A stretch of 64,000 nt of DNA, from positions 96,001-160,000 of the forward strand of contig JAVRCV020000032.1 of the NCBI GenBank assembly GCA_034530615.2. The letters are read 5' to 3'. The notes below the pieces were generated by a model. It worked only from the letters and a program-made list of their open reading frames with translations. It did not search any database and was not told the DNA's origin. Position 1 is the stretch's first letter. Each line of letters opens with the position of its first letter. The DNA comes from Aulosira sp. ZfuVER01 (GTDB taxonomy: Bacteria; Cyanobacteriota; Cyanobacteriia; Cyanobacteriales; Nostocaceae). A program made the position numbers and the translations under genes. Shown piece by piece: positions 9,156-20,117 of this stretch.

Positions 9156-11933
9156 ATGAAGCGACGCTCATATATGCTCATAGGGTTCTTGCTCAGTCTG
9201 CTCCTCAGTACTGTACCCTTTTCTGGCAATTTCACTGAGGCTGCAACGCCAACAGCAGTCGCACCTGTATCTTCTGGGCTTTCGCTCTCTCAAGGGGTGC
9301 AAAAAACGGTGTTGGACAATGGCTTAACGGTACTTACCAAAGAAATACATACGGCTCCAGTAGTCAGTGTGCAGGTATGGTATAAAGTAGGCTCTCGTAA
9401 TGAAGGTAAAGGGGAGAGTGGTATCTCTCACCAATTAGAACATTTGATGTTTAAAGGAACTAAAGATCGTCCAGTGCAGTTTGGGCGGTTATTTAGTGCT
9501 TTAGGTAGTCAGTTCAATGCGTTTACTAGCTACGATGAAACGGTCTACTTTGGCACAGTGCGGCGAGACAAATTAGAAGCACTGCTGACTTTGGAAGCCG
9601 ATCGCATGGTAAATTCCTTAATTGGGCCGGAGCAACTAACAAGTGAAAAACGAGTGGTAATATCCGAGTTGCAAGGGTATGAAAATTCACCCAGCTATCG
9701 TCTGAGTAAGGCAGTAATGCAAGCTGCCTTCCCAAACCGAGCATACGGTTTATCTGTGGGAGGTACAAAGGCCGATGTCGAAAAATTCACGGTTGAACAG
9801 GTACGTAATTATTACCAAAGATACTACAGTCCAGAAAATGCCACTTTGGTAATTACAGGGGATTTTGCTACAGAACCTACACTCAAAGCGGTTAGAGAAA
9901 CTTTTGGCAAAGTACCTCAACGAGAAAAGAAAGATACGGGGATGCAGGGAAGTAAGGACGCGGTGACTTCCGCTGCTACTCAAAAAGCCCCCATTGTTTT
10001 AAAGCAACCAGGAAGTGCAGCACTCCTGCAAGCAGTGTATCCACTGCCAAACATTAACCATCCTGATGTTCCAGCAATTGATGTGATGGATATGATCTTG
10101 ACGGGTGGACGTAGTTCTAGGCTTTACCAAGCTTTGGTAGAATCTGGATTGACTAGCTCAGTCAGTGGTAGCGCCGCAGAACTTTTGGAACCGGGTTGGT
10201 ATGAAATTAACGCGACGGCAGCTCCAGGTAAAGAGTTAGCAAAAATTGACCAAGTACTGCAACAATCTTTGTTGAAACTGCAACAGCAGCCAGTTACTAA
10301 GGAAGAATTAGATCGCGCCAAGACGCAACTACAAGCTAATTTTGTCTTGAGTAACCAGGATATTACCAGTCAGGCACAACAGTTGGGGTATAACCAAACG
10401 ATTACTGGAGATTACCATTTTGTTGAAAAATATCTAGCTGCGATCGCCAAAGTTACTCCACAAGATATACAACGAGTAGCAAAAACTTACCTGAACCCAG
10501 CTAAACAAACCATCGGTTTCTTTGAACCAACTCAACCAGATGGCGAACAAGCCTCTGCTAGTGGTGGTTCTGGTCGCACCGTAGAGAATTTTAGCCCAGG
10601 TAAACCTGTAGATCCAGCAGAATTAGCTAAATACTTACCTCCCGCTACCTCTGCTACTAGTTCGAGCCAACAAGCCCTGCCAGAGCAGTTCACCTTAGCA
10701 AATGGATTGCGGGTGCTGCTGTTACGCGATCGCAGTGTCCCTACTATTAATCTGAGCGGACAAATTGATGCTGGTACTGTGTTTGATGGCAATCAAAAAG
10801 CTGGGCTAGCCAATTTAACTGCTAGCAACTTAATGAATGGCACGCAAACTCAAAACGCTTTGACTTTAGCAAAAACTTTAGAAGACAGGGGAGCTAGCCT
10901 AGACTTTGGTGCTGGCCGTGAAGGAGTAAGTATTAGCGGCCAAGGGCTATCAATGGATCTGCCAATATTAATTCAAACTCTGGCGGACGTAGCACAAAAT
11001 GCCACCTTCCCAACCGACCAATTGGAACTGACTCGTCAACGGGCATTAACCAGTTTGAAAGTACAACTCGATGACCCCCAAACCTTGGGAAGAAGAGCAT
11101 TCCAGCAGGCAATTTACCCAGAAAATCATCCCTTCCACAGCTTTCCTACAGCCGAAAGCTTAAAGAGCATTACTCGTGATGATGTGCTGCGCTTCTACAA
11201 GCAACACTACCGCCCGGATAATACAACGATCGCTTTAGTTGGTGATTTTGAGCCAGCTAAAGTCAAAGCTTTGCTGAATCAGACTTTTGGCAAATGGCAA
11301 GCTCAGGGTAAGCCCCCAATTCTCAACTTACCTAACGTACCTTTACCCCAAACTCTCAAACGCCTCAACAAAGCAATTCCCGGCAAGGCAGAGGCTGTAA
11401 CATACATTGGTTACAATAGCATCTCCCGCAGAGATCCGCGTTTCTATGCAGCGATGGTGCTGAATCAGATTTTGGGTGGCGATACCTTGTCTAGCCGCTT
11501 GGGTACAGAAGTACGCGATCGCCTAGGTTTAACTTATGGTATTTACAGCGCCTTTGCTGCGGGAATCAATCCCGGGCCCTTCTTAATTCAAATGCAGACA
11601 GATCCCAAAGATGCTGAAAAAGCGATCGCCAGCACCCTCGCTTTACTCAAACAGATCCGGGAGCAAGGAGTGACTGAAGCAGAATTGAACACCGCAAAAC
11701 GCTCAATTTCCAACAGCTACCCTGTAGATTTAGCCAATCCTAGCGATGTCGCAAATATTGTTTTGGGTAATGCTGTCTACGGCCTTTCACCGAGGGAAAT
11801 CCGTGACTATCCTCAACAAATTGAGTCTGTAACTATGACTCAAGTGCAACAAGTCATCAAGGAGTTAATTAAACCAGAGAATGTGGTAATTGTAACCGCT
11901 GGATCTGAAGTTACTGCACGCCAGGGCAGCTAA
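9156..11933 (+). CDS. M16 family (insulinase/pitrilysin-like) zinc peptidase with signal peptide
   Basis: HQLEHLMFKGT (HxxEH), NAFTSYDET, duplicated M16 architecture, N-terminal signal sequence. Confidence 0.92.
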   Translation: MKRRSYMLIGFLLSLLLSTVPFSGNFTEAATPTAVAPVSSGLSLSQGVQKTVLDNGLTVLTKEIHTAPVVSVQVWYKVGSRNEGKGESGISHQLEHLMFKGTKDRPVQFGRLFSALGSQFNAFTSYDETVYFGTVRRDKLEALLTLEADRMVNSLIGPEQLTSEKRVVISELQGYENSPSYRLSKAVMQAAFPNRAYGLSVGGTKADVEKFTVEQVRNYYQRYYSPENATLVITGDFATEPTLKAVRETFGKVPQREKKDTGMQGSKDAVTSAATQKAPIVLKQPGSAALLQAVYPLPNINHPDVPAIDVMDMILTGGRSSRLYQALVESGLTSSVSGSAAELLEPGWYEINATAAPGKELAKIDQVLQQSLLKLQQQPVTKEELDRAKTQLQANFVLSNQDITSQAQQLGYNQTITGDYHFVEKYLAAIAKVTPQDIQRVAKTYLNPAKQTIGFFEPTQPDGEQASASGGSGRTVENFSPGKPVDPAELAKYLPPATSATSSSQQALPEQFTLANGLRVLLLRDRSVPTINLSGQIDAGTVFDGNQKAGLANLTASNLMNGTQTQNALTLAKTLEDRGASLDFGAGREGVSISGQGLSMDLPILIQTLADVAQNATFPTDQLELTRQRALTSLKVQLDDPQTLGRRAFQQAIYPENHPFHSFPTAESLKSITRDDVLRFYKQHYRPDNTTIALVGDFEPAKVKALLNQTFGKWQAQGKPPILNLPNVPLPQTLKRLNKAIPGKAEAVTYIGYNSISRRDPRFYAAMVLNQILGGDTLSSRLGTEVRDRLGLTYGIYSAFAAGINPGPFLIQMQTDPKDAEKAIASTLALLKQIREQGVTEAELNTAKRSISNSYPVDLANPSDVANIVLGNAVYGLSPREIRDYPQQIESVTMTQVQQVIKELIKPENVVIVTAGSEVTARQGS

Positions 11934-11944
11934 TTGTTTTGGAT

Positions 11945-11969
11945 GTAGAGTGAGCAATACTCACTCTAC
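11945..11969. repeat. Palindromic repeat / possible terminator between convergent genes
   Basis: GTAGAGTGAG-CAATA-CTCACTCTAC; related to the TAGGGTGGGCAxTGCCCACCCTA family. Confidence 0.65.
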
Positions 11970-12011
11970 TGCACAAGCTCATAACGAACTTGTGCAATTC
12001 TGTAGTGAATA

Positions 12012-14009
12012 CTAATGTCCCAATAATTTATCCCGCAGATGCTTAATGCGATCGCGCAATTTTGCCGCCTCTTCAAATTCTAGTTGTTTCGCCGCTTCTT
12101 TCATCTGTGCTTCGAGTTTCGCAATCAAGTCGGGAATGTCTTCTAAGGGTAATTCATCTATATGTTCATCTACTACTTTTAACTCGGTTGCATTTAACCG
12201 TCGGGAAACTTCTAAAAACGACAAAATCGCATTACTTGATTTTTTCACAATCGGTTGAGGTGTAATTCCATGCATTTTGTTATATGCCATTTGAATTCCC
12301 CGCCGTCTATCTGTTTCTTCAATGGCTTTAATCATGCTATCTGTTAAGTTATCAGCATACATGATTGCTTGTCCTTTGATATGACGTGCGGCTCTCCCAA
12401 TAGTTTGAATTAAGGAACGTTCGGCTCGCAAGAATCCTTCTTTATCTGCATCCATAATTGCTACTAAGGAAACTTCTGGTAAATCTAAACCTTCCCGCAG
12501 CAAGTTGACTCCCACTAACACGTCAAATTTACCTGCACGTAATTCTTGTAAAATTTCAATGCGTTCAATGGAGTTAATTTCTGAATGCAAATAGCGCACG
12601 CGAATGCCATTATCTTCCAGATACTCTGTTAAATCTTCCGCCATACGCTTAGTTAATGTAGTCACTAAAACTCTTTCCTGGCGGTCAACCCTGTCTTTTA
12701 TTTCTCCTAACAAATCATCAATTTGTCCTTCTGTAGGACGCACGAAAATTTCTGGATCGATTACGCCAGTTGGTCGAATTACTTGCTCAACTATCTGACC
12801 TTCAGAAACTTCTAATTCCCAATTTCCTGGGGTTGCAGAAACAAAAATACACTGATTCACTTTCTCCCAGAATTCATCAGCTTTTAAAGGACGGTTATCA
12901 GCAGCACTGGGAAGTCGAAATCCGTGCTCAATTAATACTTTCTTCCTAGCTTGGTCGCCGTTGTACATCCCGCGAATTTGCGGTACGGTAACGTGAGATT
13001 CATCGATAACTAACAGCCAGTCTTTCGGAAAATAATCAATTAAACACTCTGGTGGTTCCCCTGCTAGCCTTCCTGCAAGGTGGCGCGAATAATTTTCTAC
13101 GCCATTACAGTAACCGACTTCGCGCAACATTTCTAAGTCATAGCGGGTACGTTGATCTATGCGTTGCGCTTCTAATAATTTCCCGGCTGCTTCTAAGTCG
13201 GCTTTTTGCTGTTTTAATTCGGCGGCTATATCATCACAAGCTACTTCTAAGCGTTCTTCTGGGGTGACAAAGTGACGTGCTGGGTAAATATTTACAGCTT
13301 GTAGGCTATTAATAATTTCACCTGTTACGGGGTCAATATAGCGAATCGCGTCAATTTCATCGCCAAAAAATTCTACCCGAATAATTCTATCTTCATAGGC
13401 GGGGCCAATTTCTAACACGTCCCCCCGGACGCGAAACCGTCCCCGACCCATTTCGATATCGTTGCGCTTATACTGCACATTTGCTAAATCCCGCAAAATT
13501 TGCCGCTGATTCACTTCCATACCTATCTGTAGAGGGATGGCAGCTTTAAAATATTCTGCTGGCATTCCCAAACCATAAATGCAGCTAATGGAAGCAACGA
13601 CTATGACATCACGGCGTTCAAAAAGCGATCGCGTCGCTGAGTGACGCAACATATCTATTTCATCATTAATCGAAGCTGTTTTCTCAATATAAGTATCGGT
13701 AACGGGAATATACGCTTCTGGCTGATAATAGTCGTAATAACTAACGAAATACTCGACAGCGTTCTTAGGAAAGAACTCCCGCAACTCGTTACAAAGTTGT
13801 GCTGCTAGAGTTTTATTGTGCGCCAGCACCAAAGTAGGCCTACCAACTTTCTCAATTACCGCTGCTACTGAAAATGTCTTACCAGTTCCCGTAGCGCCCA
13901 GTAAAGTTTGGTAACGGTTCCCCGATTGGATACTGCTTACTAGTTGTGCGATCGCTTGAGGTTGATCGCCTGTTGGACTAAAGGGAGCTTGAAGACCAAA
14001 TTCTGTCAT
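12012..14009 (-). CDS. uvrB: Excinuclease ABC subunit B
   Basis: [41 protein letters not shown] and C-terminal UVR coil FEEAAKLRD. Confidence 0.98.
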   Translation of the reverse strand: MTEFGLQAPFSPTGDQPQAIAQLVSSIQSGNRYQTLLGATGTGKTFSVAAVIEKVGRPTLVLAHNKTLAAQLCNELREFFPKNAVEYFVSYYDYYQPEAYIPVTDTYIEKTASINDEIDMLRHSATRSLFERRDVIVVASISCIYGLGMPAEYFKAAIPLQIGMEVNQRQILRDLANVQYKRNDIEMGRGRFRVRGDVLEIGPAYEDRIIRVEFFGDEIDAIRYIDPVTGEIINSLQAVNIYPARHFVTPEERLEVACDDIAAELKQQKADLEAAGKLLEAQRIDQRTRYDLEMLREVGYCNGVENYSRHLAGRLAGEPPECLIDYFPKDWLLVIDESHVTVPQIRGMYNGDQARKKVLIEHGFRLPSAADNRPLKADEFWEKVNQCIFVSATPGNWELEVSEGQIVEQVIRPTGVIDPEIFVRPTEGQIDDLLGEIKDRVDRQERVLVTTLTKRMAEDLTEYLEDNGIRVRYLHSEINSIERIEILQELRAGKFDVLVGVNLLREGLDLPEVSLVAIMDADKEGFLRAERSLIQTIGRAARHIKGQAIMYADNLTDSMIKAIEETDRRRGIQMAYNKMHGITPQPIVKKSSNAILSFLEVSRRLNATELKVVDEHIDELPLEDIPDLIAKLEAQMKEAAKQLEFEEAAKLRDRIKHLRDKLLGH

Positions 14010-14258
14010 ACAGTTGTGCCAGAAATACCCTTTCCCATAGTAGCGATCTCACTCTGCACTCGTGGCACTAGATTAGTTAAACGAATAAATAGCAATCTTT
14101 ATTTATAAAATTTTACTTATTGCATTTACTTATGTGTACATTTTGAAGATAATTATACCTATATAAGGTTTTTTAAGGTTAAACTCTCTTATATAGAAAA
14201 AAATTCACATCAGTTTAATTATTGTAAAAACTAGTTAACAAACCGGAGGGATTAAGTT

Positions 14259-14729
14259 ATGAGCATCAGTAGCACTGGCAAAGCAGTCAGTCCTCGGCAA
14301 AGACGAGCCAAGCTTAAAGGAGAAAGTACAGTGGAAGTAGAAAATAATCAGGGTAATAGCTTGAATACAGATAAAGTGGAACAAGGTAAGGATAAGCCAG
14401 TGCAGAATGAGACATCCGGAACACTAGCGATCTCTGGAATTCGTCCCATAGGCGCTAGCGACTTAGAAGTTGCTGAAAAACTCTCAATTGCTGGGGTGCG
14501 TCCTGTTAGCACCAGTAACTTAGAAGTCGTTGAAACTTATAACGCAATGGGTATTCGTCCAATTGGCGCTAATACATTCCAAGTTGTTGAAAGTATCAAT
14601 CTCTCTGGTATTCGCCCAGTTAGCTCAAGTTCATTGGTAATTTCTGAAAGCTATTCAACATTCGGCAACCGACCGATAGCATCAAATGAGATTGACAATT
14701 CTGAAAACCTGATGGGTTTTCTAGATTAG
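14259..14729 (+). CDS. Hypothetical protein with five 19-aa GxRP[IV] repeats
   Basis: GGAGG RBS, ATG, internal repeats, downstream terminator. Confidence 0.8.
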   Translation: MSISSTGKAVSPRQRRAKLKGESTVEVENNQGNSLNTDKVEQGKDKPVQNETSGTLAISGIRPIGASDLEVAEKLSIAGVRPVSTSNLEVVETYNAMGIRPIGANTFQVVESINLSGIRPVSSSSLVISESYSTFGNRPIASNEIDNSENLMGFLD

Positions 14730-14753
14730 ATAAAAAATATCACCATAACTTTA

Positions 14754-14790
14754 AAAACCCAGTTTTTTTCCAAAACTGGGTTTATTTATT
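14754..14790 (+). terminator. Intrinsic terminator
   Basis: AAACCCAGTTTT...AAAACTGGGTTT stem followed by a T-rich tail. Confidence 0.65.
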
Positions 14791-15128
14791 GAAAATTCAA
14801 CAATATTGCTGTGAATGAGCAAGTTTTTTTCAAAAATAAATTCATACATAACTCTTATTTAATTTTTAAAAATTACAAATAAATATAGGTAGTAAGTTGA
14901 GCAATGCCCACCCTATAATTAAGCTTCAAATATAAGCAATTTTAAAAAAATCAAATTGAATTCCTAATATACCAGATGTAATCTGTCTCTTAGCAGAGGT
15001 AACTAATATATCTTGTGACAGAAGGCTAAGCAAAAACTTTTAAGCTACTTTGTAAGAGTAATCACAAAAAGGTTCAGAGTTAGAACACAACTTTGACACC
15101 AATTTGTTATTAAATAAAGGAGTAGAAA

Positions 15129-15311
15129 ATGAGCATAGAAGATCGTGCAAAAGCCACAGCTAAAAATATTGAAGGTAAAGCTCAAGAAGCATTAGGTAAC
15201 GTCACTGGCGACCCAGAAGATAAGGCTGAAGGTAAAGCTAAACAAGCCGAAAGTGAAGTCCGCCACGGCATAGAAGATGTAAAAGATAACGTCAAGAAAA
15301 AACTTGACTAG
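15129..15311 (+). CDS. CsbD family general stress protein
   Basis: IEGKAQEALGNVTGDPEDKAEGKAKQ pattern typical of CsbD; AAGGAG RBS. Confidence 0.88.
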   Translation: MSIEDRAKATAKNIEGKAQEALGNVTGDPEDKAEGKAKQAESEVRHGIEDVKDNVKKKLD

Positions 15312-15582
15312 AGCTAATATCTTTTTGCTTAAGTTTTAGAAATAGGACATGGGTGCAACCCACTTCTACAAAGAGGATGGCTGTTTTTTAATTACCTTAT
15401 ACCCTTAGTATTCTCTTTATATATAAAGGTGAATATTAGGGGTATTGTAGCCTTTCTTGATCGAGACTTTTTAAATTAAAGTGAAAAGCTTTTTTTAAGA
15501 TAGGCATCTAAAACTATAAATTAAAATAGCGCAACCGGACAAGCTATTTAGTTACTCTTCAATGATTTTTAGGAGGTAAAAA

Positions 15583-16026
15583 ATGATTCTGCTACAGCAG
15601 AGTCGCAAAATCTTGATGACTGGCATCTTGATTTTGGTTCTGACAATAACCACTGCCTGCGGCAGTAGTAATTTGGCGCAAGTTGACCGCCCAACAACCA
15701 GCACGCCAGCAATTGGTCGAGATGTAACCTATACCGAATTAGAGCGAGGTAATAGTCCCGCAGGACAAAATTTTGGTAACTGGGTTGTACAAACATCTAA
15801 GGGATTAGTTAAAGATGCCTATGTACGTGACAATAACAAACTAGGCGTTGTTATTTCCCCACAAGTGCGCCCTCAAGAAGTACGACCATTAGCAAAATCT
15901 TTAGTACAAGGGTTTCGCAAGCAATTTCCCAATCAAGATTTAACAGTTTTGGTCTATGCTCCTGACAAAAAACTGATTTTAACAGCTAAGTACGACACTC
16001 AAACAAGCCAAATTCAGTATAGCTAA
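15583..16026 (+). CDS. Putative lipoprotein, unknown function
   Basis: AGGAGG RBS; signal peptide ending ITTACG (lipobox). Confidence 0.8.
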   Translation: MILLQQSRKILMTGILILVLTITTACGSSNLAQVDRPTTSTPAIGRDVTYTELERGNSPAGQNFGNWVVQTSKGLVKDAYVRDNNKLGVVISPQVRPQEVRPLAKSLVQGFRKQFPNQDLTVLVYAPDKKLILTAKYDTQTSQIQYS

Positions 16027-16109
16027 TTGCTGAGTTGGTTTTGTAGAGAACTAAAATTCCCAGAATTTCAGGTAATTAAAAAATTGACCTGTAAAAGGAG
16101 AGAACCAAA

Positions 16110-16631
16110 GTGACAAGCAGCGAACAATACAAGCGTCAAATAATGAAAGATTTGGCAGAGGGAAATGTCGAATCTTTAGATGATGTGGCTACCGATTCAA
16201 CCACCGAATACGAAAACTTTGACGATTTTGCTCAACGCACTACACCAGATCAGCGTCGTCAGTTGTTTGGTCGGTCTTTACATCCAGAAAAGATTCCCCC
16301 CAGCCAAATGGAGCCGGAATTACAAAAGGCGATCGCTCAAATCAAACCCAACGAACGGGACGATGTAGCACGCGCCTTTTTCAAACATCTGAAGGAAAGA
16401 GGACTAGATGAACGTCATCTAGAGCAACAACTAGGTCTTTCCACTCATCATGCTGGCCGGATGAGTGCTGATGATGTCAGTAAGCTTGCATCCTTCGCCT
16501 ATCACAACCACCCGGATATTTTCCGTGAGGTGTTAGCAGAGCAACCAGGGATTATTAAGTTTCTCAGCAATCCCGTTGTCGCAGGCATTATCGGCATTGC
16601 CGCAGCCAAGTGGCTAGGTAGACATAAGTAA
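16110..16631 (+). CDS. Hypothetical protein, probably co-transcribed with the lipoprotein
   Basis: AAGGAG RBS before GTG; 173 aa, C-terminal amphipathic/hydrophobic helix. Confidence 0.8.
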   Translation: MTSSEQYKRQIMKDLAEGNVESLDDVATDSTTEYENFDDFAQRTTPDQRRQLFGRSLHPEKIPPSQMEPELQKAIAQIKPNERDDVARAFFKHLKERGLDERHLEQQLGLSTHHAGRMSADDVSKLASFAYHNHPDIFREVLAEQPGIIKFLSNPVVAGIIGIAAAKWLGRHK

Positions 16632-17345
16632 GTAGTGAACAAGTAAGAAAGTTAGAAACGTAGGTGGGCAATGTCCACCTTTTATTTTGCTCGTTCTGGG
16701 GTGACGCTTAGAAAGTAAAAAATTTTTAATGTCAGCTAAACTATTCTGAACGTATAAATGAGTAAGTAAGAAGCTCACCCAGAAAACTTAAAATTCTAGG
16801 ACAGATGTATCTAAAATTTTCTTACAATAAATAAAATTTATCCAAAATAATACTAGTATAATAAGTAACATTATTTTCCTCTGCTTAGATATAAATTTAT
16901 AGAAATTTTATACAGTATCTAGATTATTAACAGTGGTTTCCCTTGGAAGCAAGATTTAATTGGCAGCTAATGTATTTTGTAAACTGTTTATTATAGTAAA
17001 GATTTCATAAACTACAGCCAAAGTAGTTGAATATATTTACGTACTCTGTAAAACTAATTCGTGTATGCATAGGGTAATTACGCAGTATCACTACTATCTT
17101 GAAGATGATAAGTTAAGGCTGAAAGCTTGAGTCATATTGATGACTACTAGTTGATGCGATACATCTATTTATCTGTTTGGTGCTCAATTGTTCGAGATAC
17201 TGGCAAACCTTAAGCATCTTGCAAAAATAAACTGTACAAATTTAAGTTCACTTTTGCGTAAAAAGTGTTCGATTTGTTTTGGCGATATTTCTGACTATCG
17301 GGTACATCTACCATCAACCTTCACTTCTGAATTGGAATTAATTCA

Positions 17346-18254
17346 ATGAATAGATTTGGTATCCGAAAACAGTTGCGGACAGTTTGTGTCAAAGCAACAT
17401 CTATTGCTTTGAGAAAAGTTGACATAGGGCAGGCAAATGCCAGCCAAAGCAGACTGAAAACCCTTTCAGCTTTCAGCATGGCATCAGTATTATCAATGTC
17501 TGCTTTGGCTTTTCAAGCAACAGCAAACGCAGCTGGTATCAAAAGAATTGACCAATCTGCTTTTACACCAGATGCAGGACTGATCACCTTTAGCGAATTT
17601 GGAGTTGGTACAGTTAACCCAACTTATACTCCATCTCAATACGGTGGTGGTGCTGATGCACCGACTGTACAATTTGGTGGTGCATTCCAAGGCCAGACCG
17701 TAGGTTTAGCACCTATTCCCCCTGGTGCTGCTGCTACTGGAGTAGTTAACGGTACACCCACTGCAACATTGGCTCTAAATCCTAATTCGCCTAATACATT
17801 TATTACTGGTGATGGTGCCAACCCAACAAGTCCAGTTTTGTCAGGCTCACCTATATTTAACGGACCCGTTAGTATTTTGTTTGATAAAGATATAGCTGGA
17901 GTAGGGTTAGACGGTGGCTTTTTCAATGCTATAGGCGGAACTGCGATCAGCGCATTTGCTAGAAACGGTTCATTGCTAGGCTCAGTACTAAATGCAAAAA
18001 CAGGAATTGAATTTCTTGGATTGGTAACTGAAGACGGTCAAAATAGAATTGCTGGCTTGCAGTTCAGCTTAGTTGGTGCAGAACCATTTGGGTTTGCCAT
18101 TGATAATTTACGCTTTGGACGTGCTGGTCAAGTCGTACCCCCTAATGATGTTCCCGAACCTTTGACTATTTTGGGTACATTGACAGCCGCAGGTTTTGGT
18201 GTAACTTTGCGTCGCAAACAAAAGCAGCAACAAAAAGCTACGGCAAAAGCGTAA
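17346..18254 (+). CDS. PEP-CTERM sorting domain surface protein
   Basis: Signal-like segment ending ANA, Gly/Pro/Thr-rich body, C-terminal VPEP + TM helix + RRKQK basic tail; true start uncertain. Confidence 0.9.
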   Translation: MNRFGIRKQLRTVCVKATSIALRKVDIGQANASQSRLKTLSAFSMASVLSMSALAFQATANAAGIKRIDQSAFTPDAGLITFSEFGVGTVNPTYTPSQYGGGADAPTVQFGGAFQGQTVGLAPIPPGAAATGVVNGTPTATLALNPNSPNTFITGDGANPTSPVLSGSPIFNGPVSILFDKDIAGVGLDGGFFNAIGGTAISAFARNGSLLGSVLNAKTGIEFLGLVTEDGQNRIAGLQFSLVGAEPFGFAIDNLRFGRAGQVVPPNDVPEPLTILGTLTAAGFGVTLRRKQKQQQKATAKA

Positions 18255-18867
18255 GCTAGCTACTGCAAGTAGTAGATAGTTGTGTACAAATAAACCATGT
18301 GTTGGGTGCTTAATAATTGAGTTGTAAAATTTATAACTCAATTATTAACATCCCCCAGTTGTTTAATAAAGGTATGGTACTCACGCTTACTGAATTTGTT
18401 GTGTAAATAAATAGTTATTTTTACAACTTGTAGAATAGATTTACACAAACTTTATACAAAAAGGAACCTACTTTTCTTTGAGAATCCTGATGAAATCTGC
18501 TTTGCGGTATAAAATACAGTAAATTGATAAAACATTAAGAAATCAAAGATTTGATTAAGTTCAGCTAAAATCCTTGATTATAAATACTTAGCAAGTAATG
18601 ATGATTACGGTTTTTTCAGGATAATTACGGAAAAATACCAATACAGTCAAGACGAAACAGAGATGGAATACTTCACTCAGTGTTATCGCTGACTGTATAG
18701 GCAATAAAAAGAATTAATGTTTGTCAGGGCTTTACCAGGGTAAAACTACCATTAGCTTGAATACTTTTCCACTAGTGGCGATCGCAGTGTTGATTTTGGT
18801 GTTATTTTACCTTTCCTGCTACCCCAGTGGAAAATAACCAATTTTAGGATGTAGCTGGGTTTTAAAG

Positions 18868-19083
18868 GTGATGACTCTGTGGAAACAACTGCGAATCATG
18901 GTTTTGGCTATAACCTTCGGTGGTGTCATCTTCGTTTTAGTAAAGGTTTTTCTGACTACAAGTATCAATAAGCCAAAACCAGAACAGTCTCAGCGTGAAT
19001 CTAATACTGTTGCATTGTTTGAAGACCATATTTGCATAAGATCGCGTTTTCATGCAGACTATAATGCTGTTCCTCCTTGTTAA
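18868..19083 (+). CDS. Short protein resembling the N-terminus of cyanoexosortase A-associated proteins (possibly truncated)
   Basis: WKQLRIMVLAITFGGVIFVLVKV resembles from memory the N-terminal anchor of that family; lies between the PEP-CTERM and HpsJ-like genes. Confidence 0.5.
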   Translation: MMTLWKQLRIMVLAITFGGVIFVLVKVFLTTSINKPKPEQSQRESNTVALFEDHICIRSRFHADYNAVPPC

Positions 19084-19253
19084 GAGGACAACCAGGAAAT
19101 TACTACACAAGGGTTGTATCTAAAAAGGTATCTTGCCAACTTACGTAACTAAAAGGTGTTAACCAACGTCTGGTGTTATTTGAATTAATCACGGCAAAAC
19201 TTTAGATTCTCCTGAACTCAGTCAAATCTCTGTTTTTTTATTGTGCTAGAAAC

Positions 19254-19979
19254 ATGACTAAATCAAGTAGCGATAAATTCATTCCCGGTTTGGTACAAGA
19301 GTTACAAGAATTTGCTTTCAGTCAAGCAGGCTCAACAAAAATTTTGCGAATACTTGGCTATGGACTGCTGCTATTAGCATTGTTCGATGTCGCTGAGATG
19401 CTGTTTCCACCAAGATTTATGAATCCTGTTTGGGAATTTCAGACTTTCGGCGCACTCGTGGAACGAGTACCTGTGCCTTTAATTGGTTTAGCGCTGATAT
19501 TTTATGGAGAATTTCATTCTCGAAGCAAATGGGAATTCCTGAGTGTAAAACTTTTATCTTGGTTAACTTTATTGTTAGCTGTAGTCTTTTTGTTACTAAT
19601 ACCTTTAGGAATTGGTAACACTGTTCGTCTCAGTAAACAAAGTGCTGCGCAGATTACTAATGTATCTAAACAACAACTATCTCAAGCGGAACAGGTAGAA
19701 CAGCGACTTAGTGAAGCTACACCAGAACAAATAAATAATTTATTGAGGTCACAAGGTCGTTCATTGCAAGGTAAAAGTACCCAAGAAGTCAAAACTCAAA
19801 TCTTATCAGAAGTCTCTAAGGCTAAATCACAAATTAAAACCCAAGCACAAGCTACTGAATCTTCTCAGCGTCTAAACTTACTCAAGAATTCTGTTAAATG
19901 GAACCTTGGAGCTTTAGTTTCCGCAGCTTTATTTTTTAGCTTTTGGAAAGCAACTCAATGGGCAAGAATCAGTAGGTGA
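19254..19979 (+). CDS. HpsJ-like membrane protein (cyanoexosortase-associated type)
   Basis: PPRFMNPVWEFQTFGALVERVPVPLIG, three TM helices, Gln-rich coiled region, KNSVKWNLGA plus final TM. Confidence 0.8.
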   Translation: MTKSSSDKFIPGLVQELQEFAFSQAGSTKILRILGYGLLLLALFDVAEMLFPPRFMNPVWEFQTFGALVERVPVPLIGLALIFYGEFHSRSKWEFLSVKLLSWLTLLLAVVFLLLIPLGIGNTVRLSKQSAAQITNVSKQQLSQAEQVEQRLSEATPEQINNLLRSQGRSLQGKSTQEVKTQILSEVSKAKSQIKTQAQATESSQRLNLLKNSVKWNLGALVSAALFFSFWKATQWARISR

Positions 19980-20063
19980 TAATAATATAAAAACTTTGTC
20001 AACGCCTGAATTTTTGAGAAATTTTCTATCAAAATTCAGATAGCATAAGCCTCTGTAAAAAAG

Positions 20064-20086
20064 TAGGGTGGGCATTGCCCACCCTA
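20064..20086. repeat. Perfect palindromic REP-like repeat / terminator between convergent genes
   Basis: TAGGGTGGGCA-T-TGCCCACCCTA. Confidence 0.75.
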
Positions 20087-20117
20087 TGTTCTTGTATTAT
20101 CGTTAATTCAAAATAGG

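Noticed and set aside
14010..14258. LexA box upstream of uvrB
   Set aside because: No adequate match to the cyanobacterial RGTAC-N3-DGTWC consensus was found
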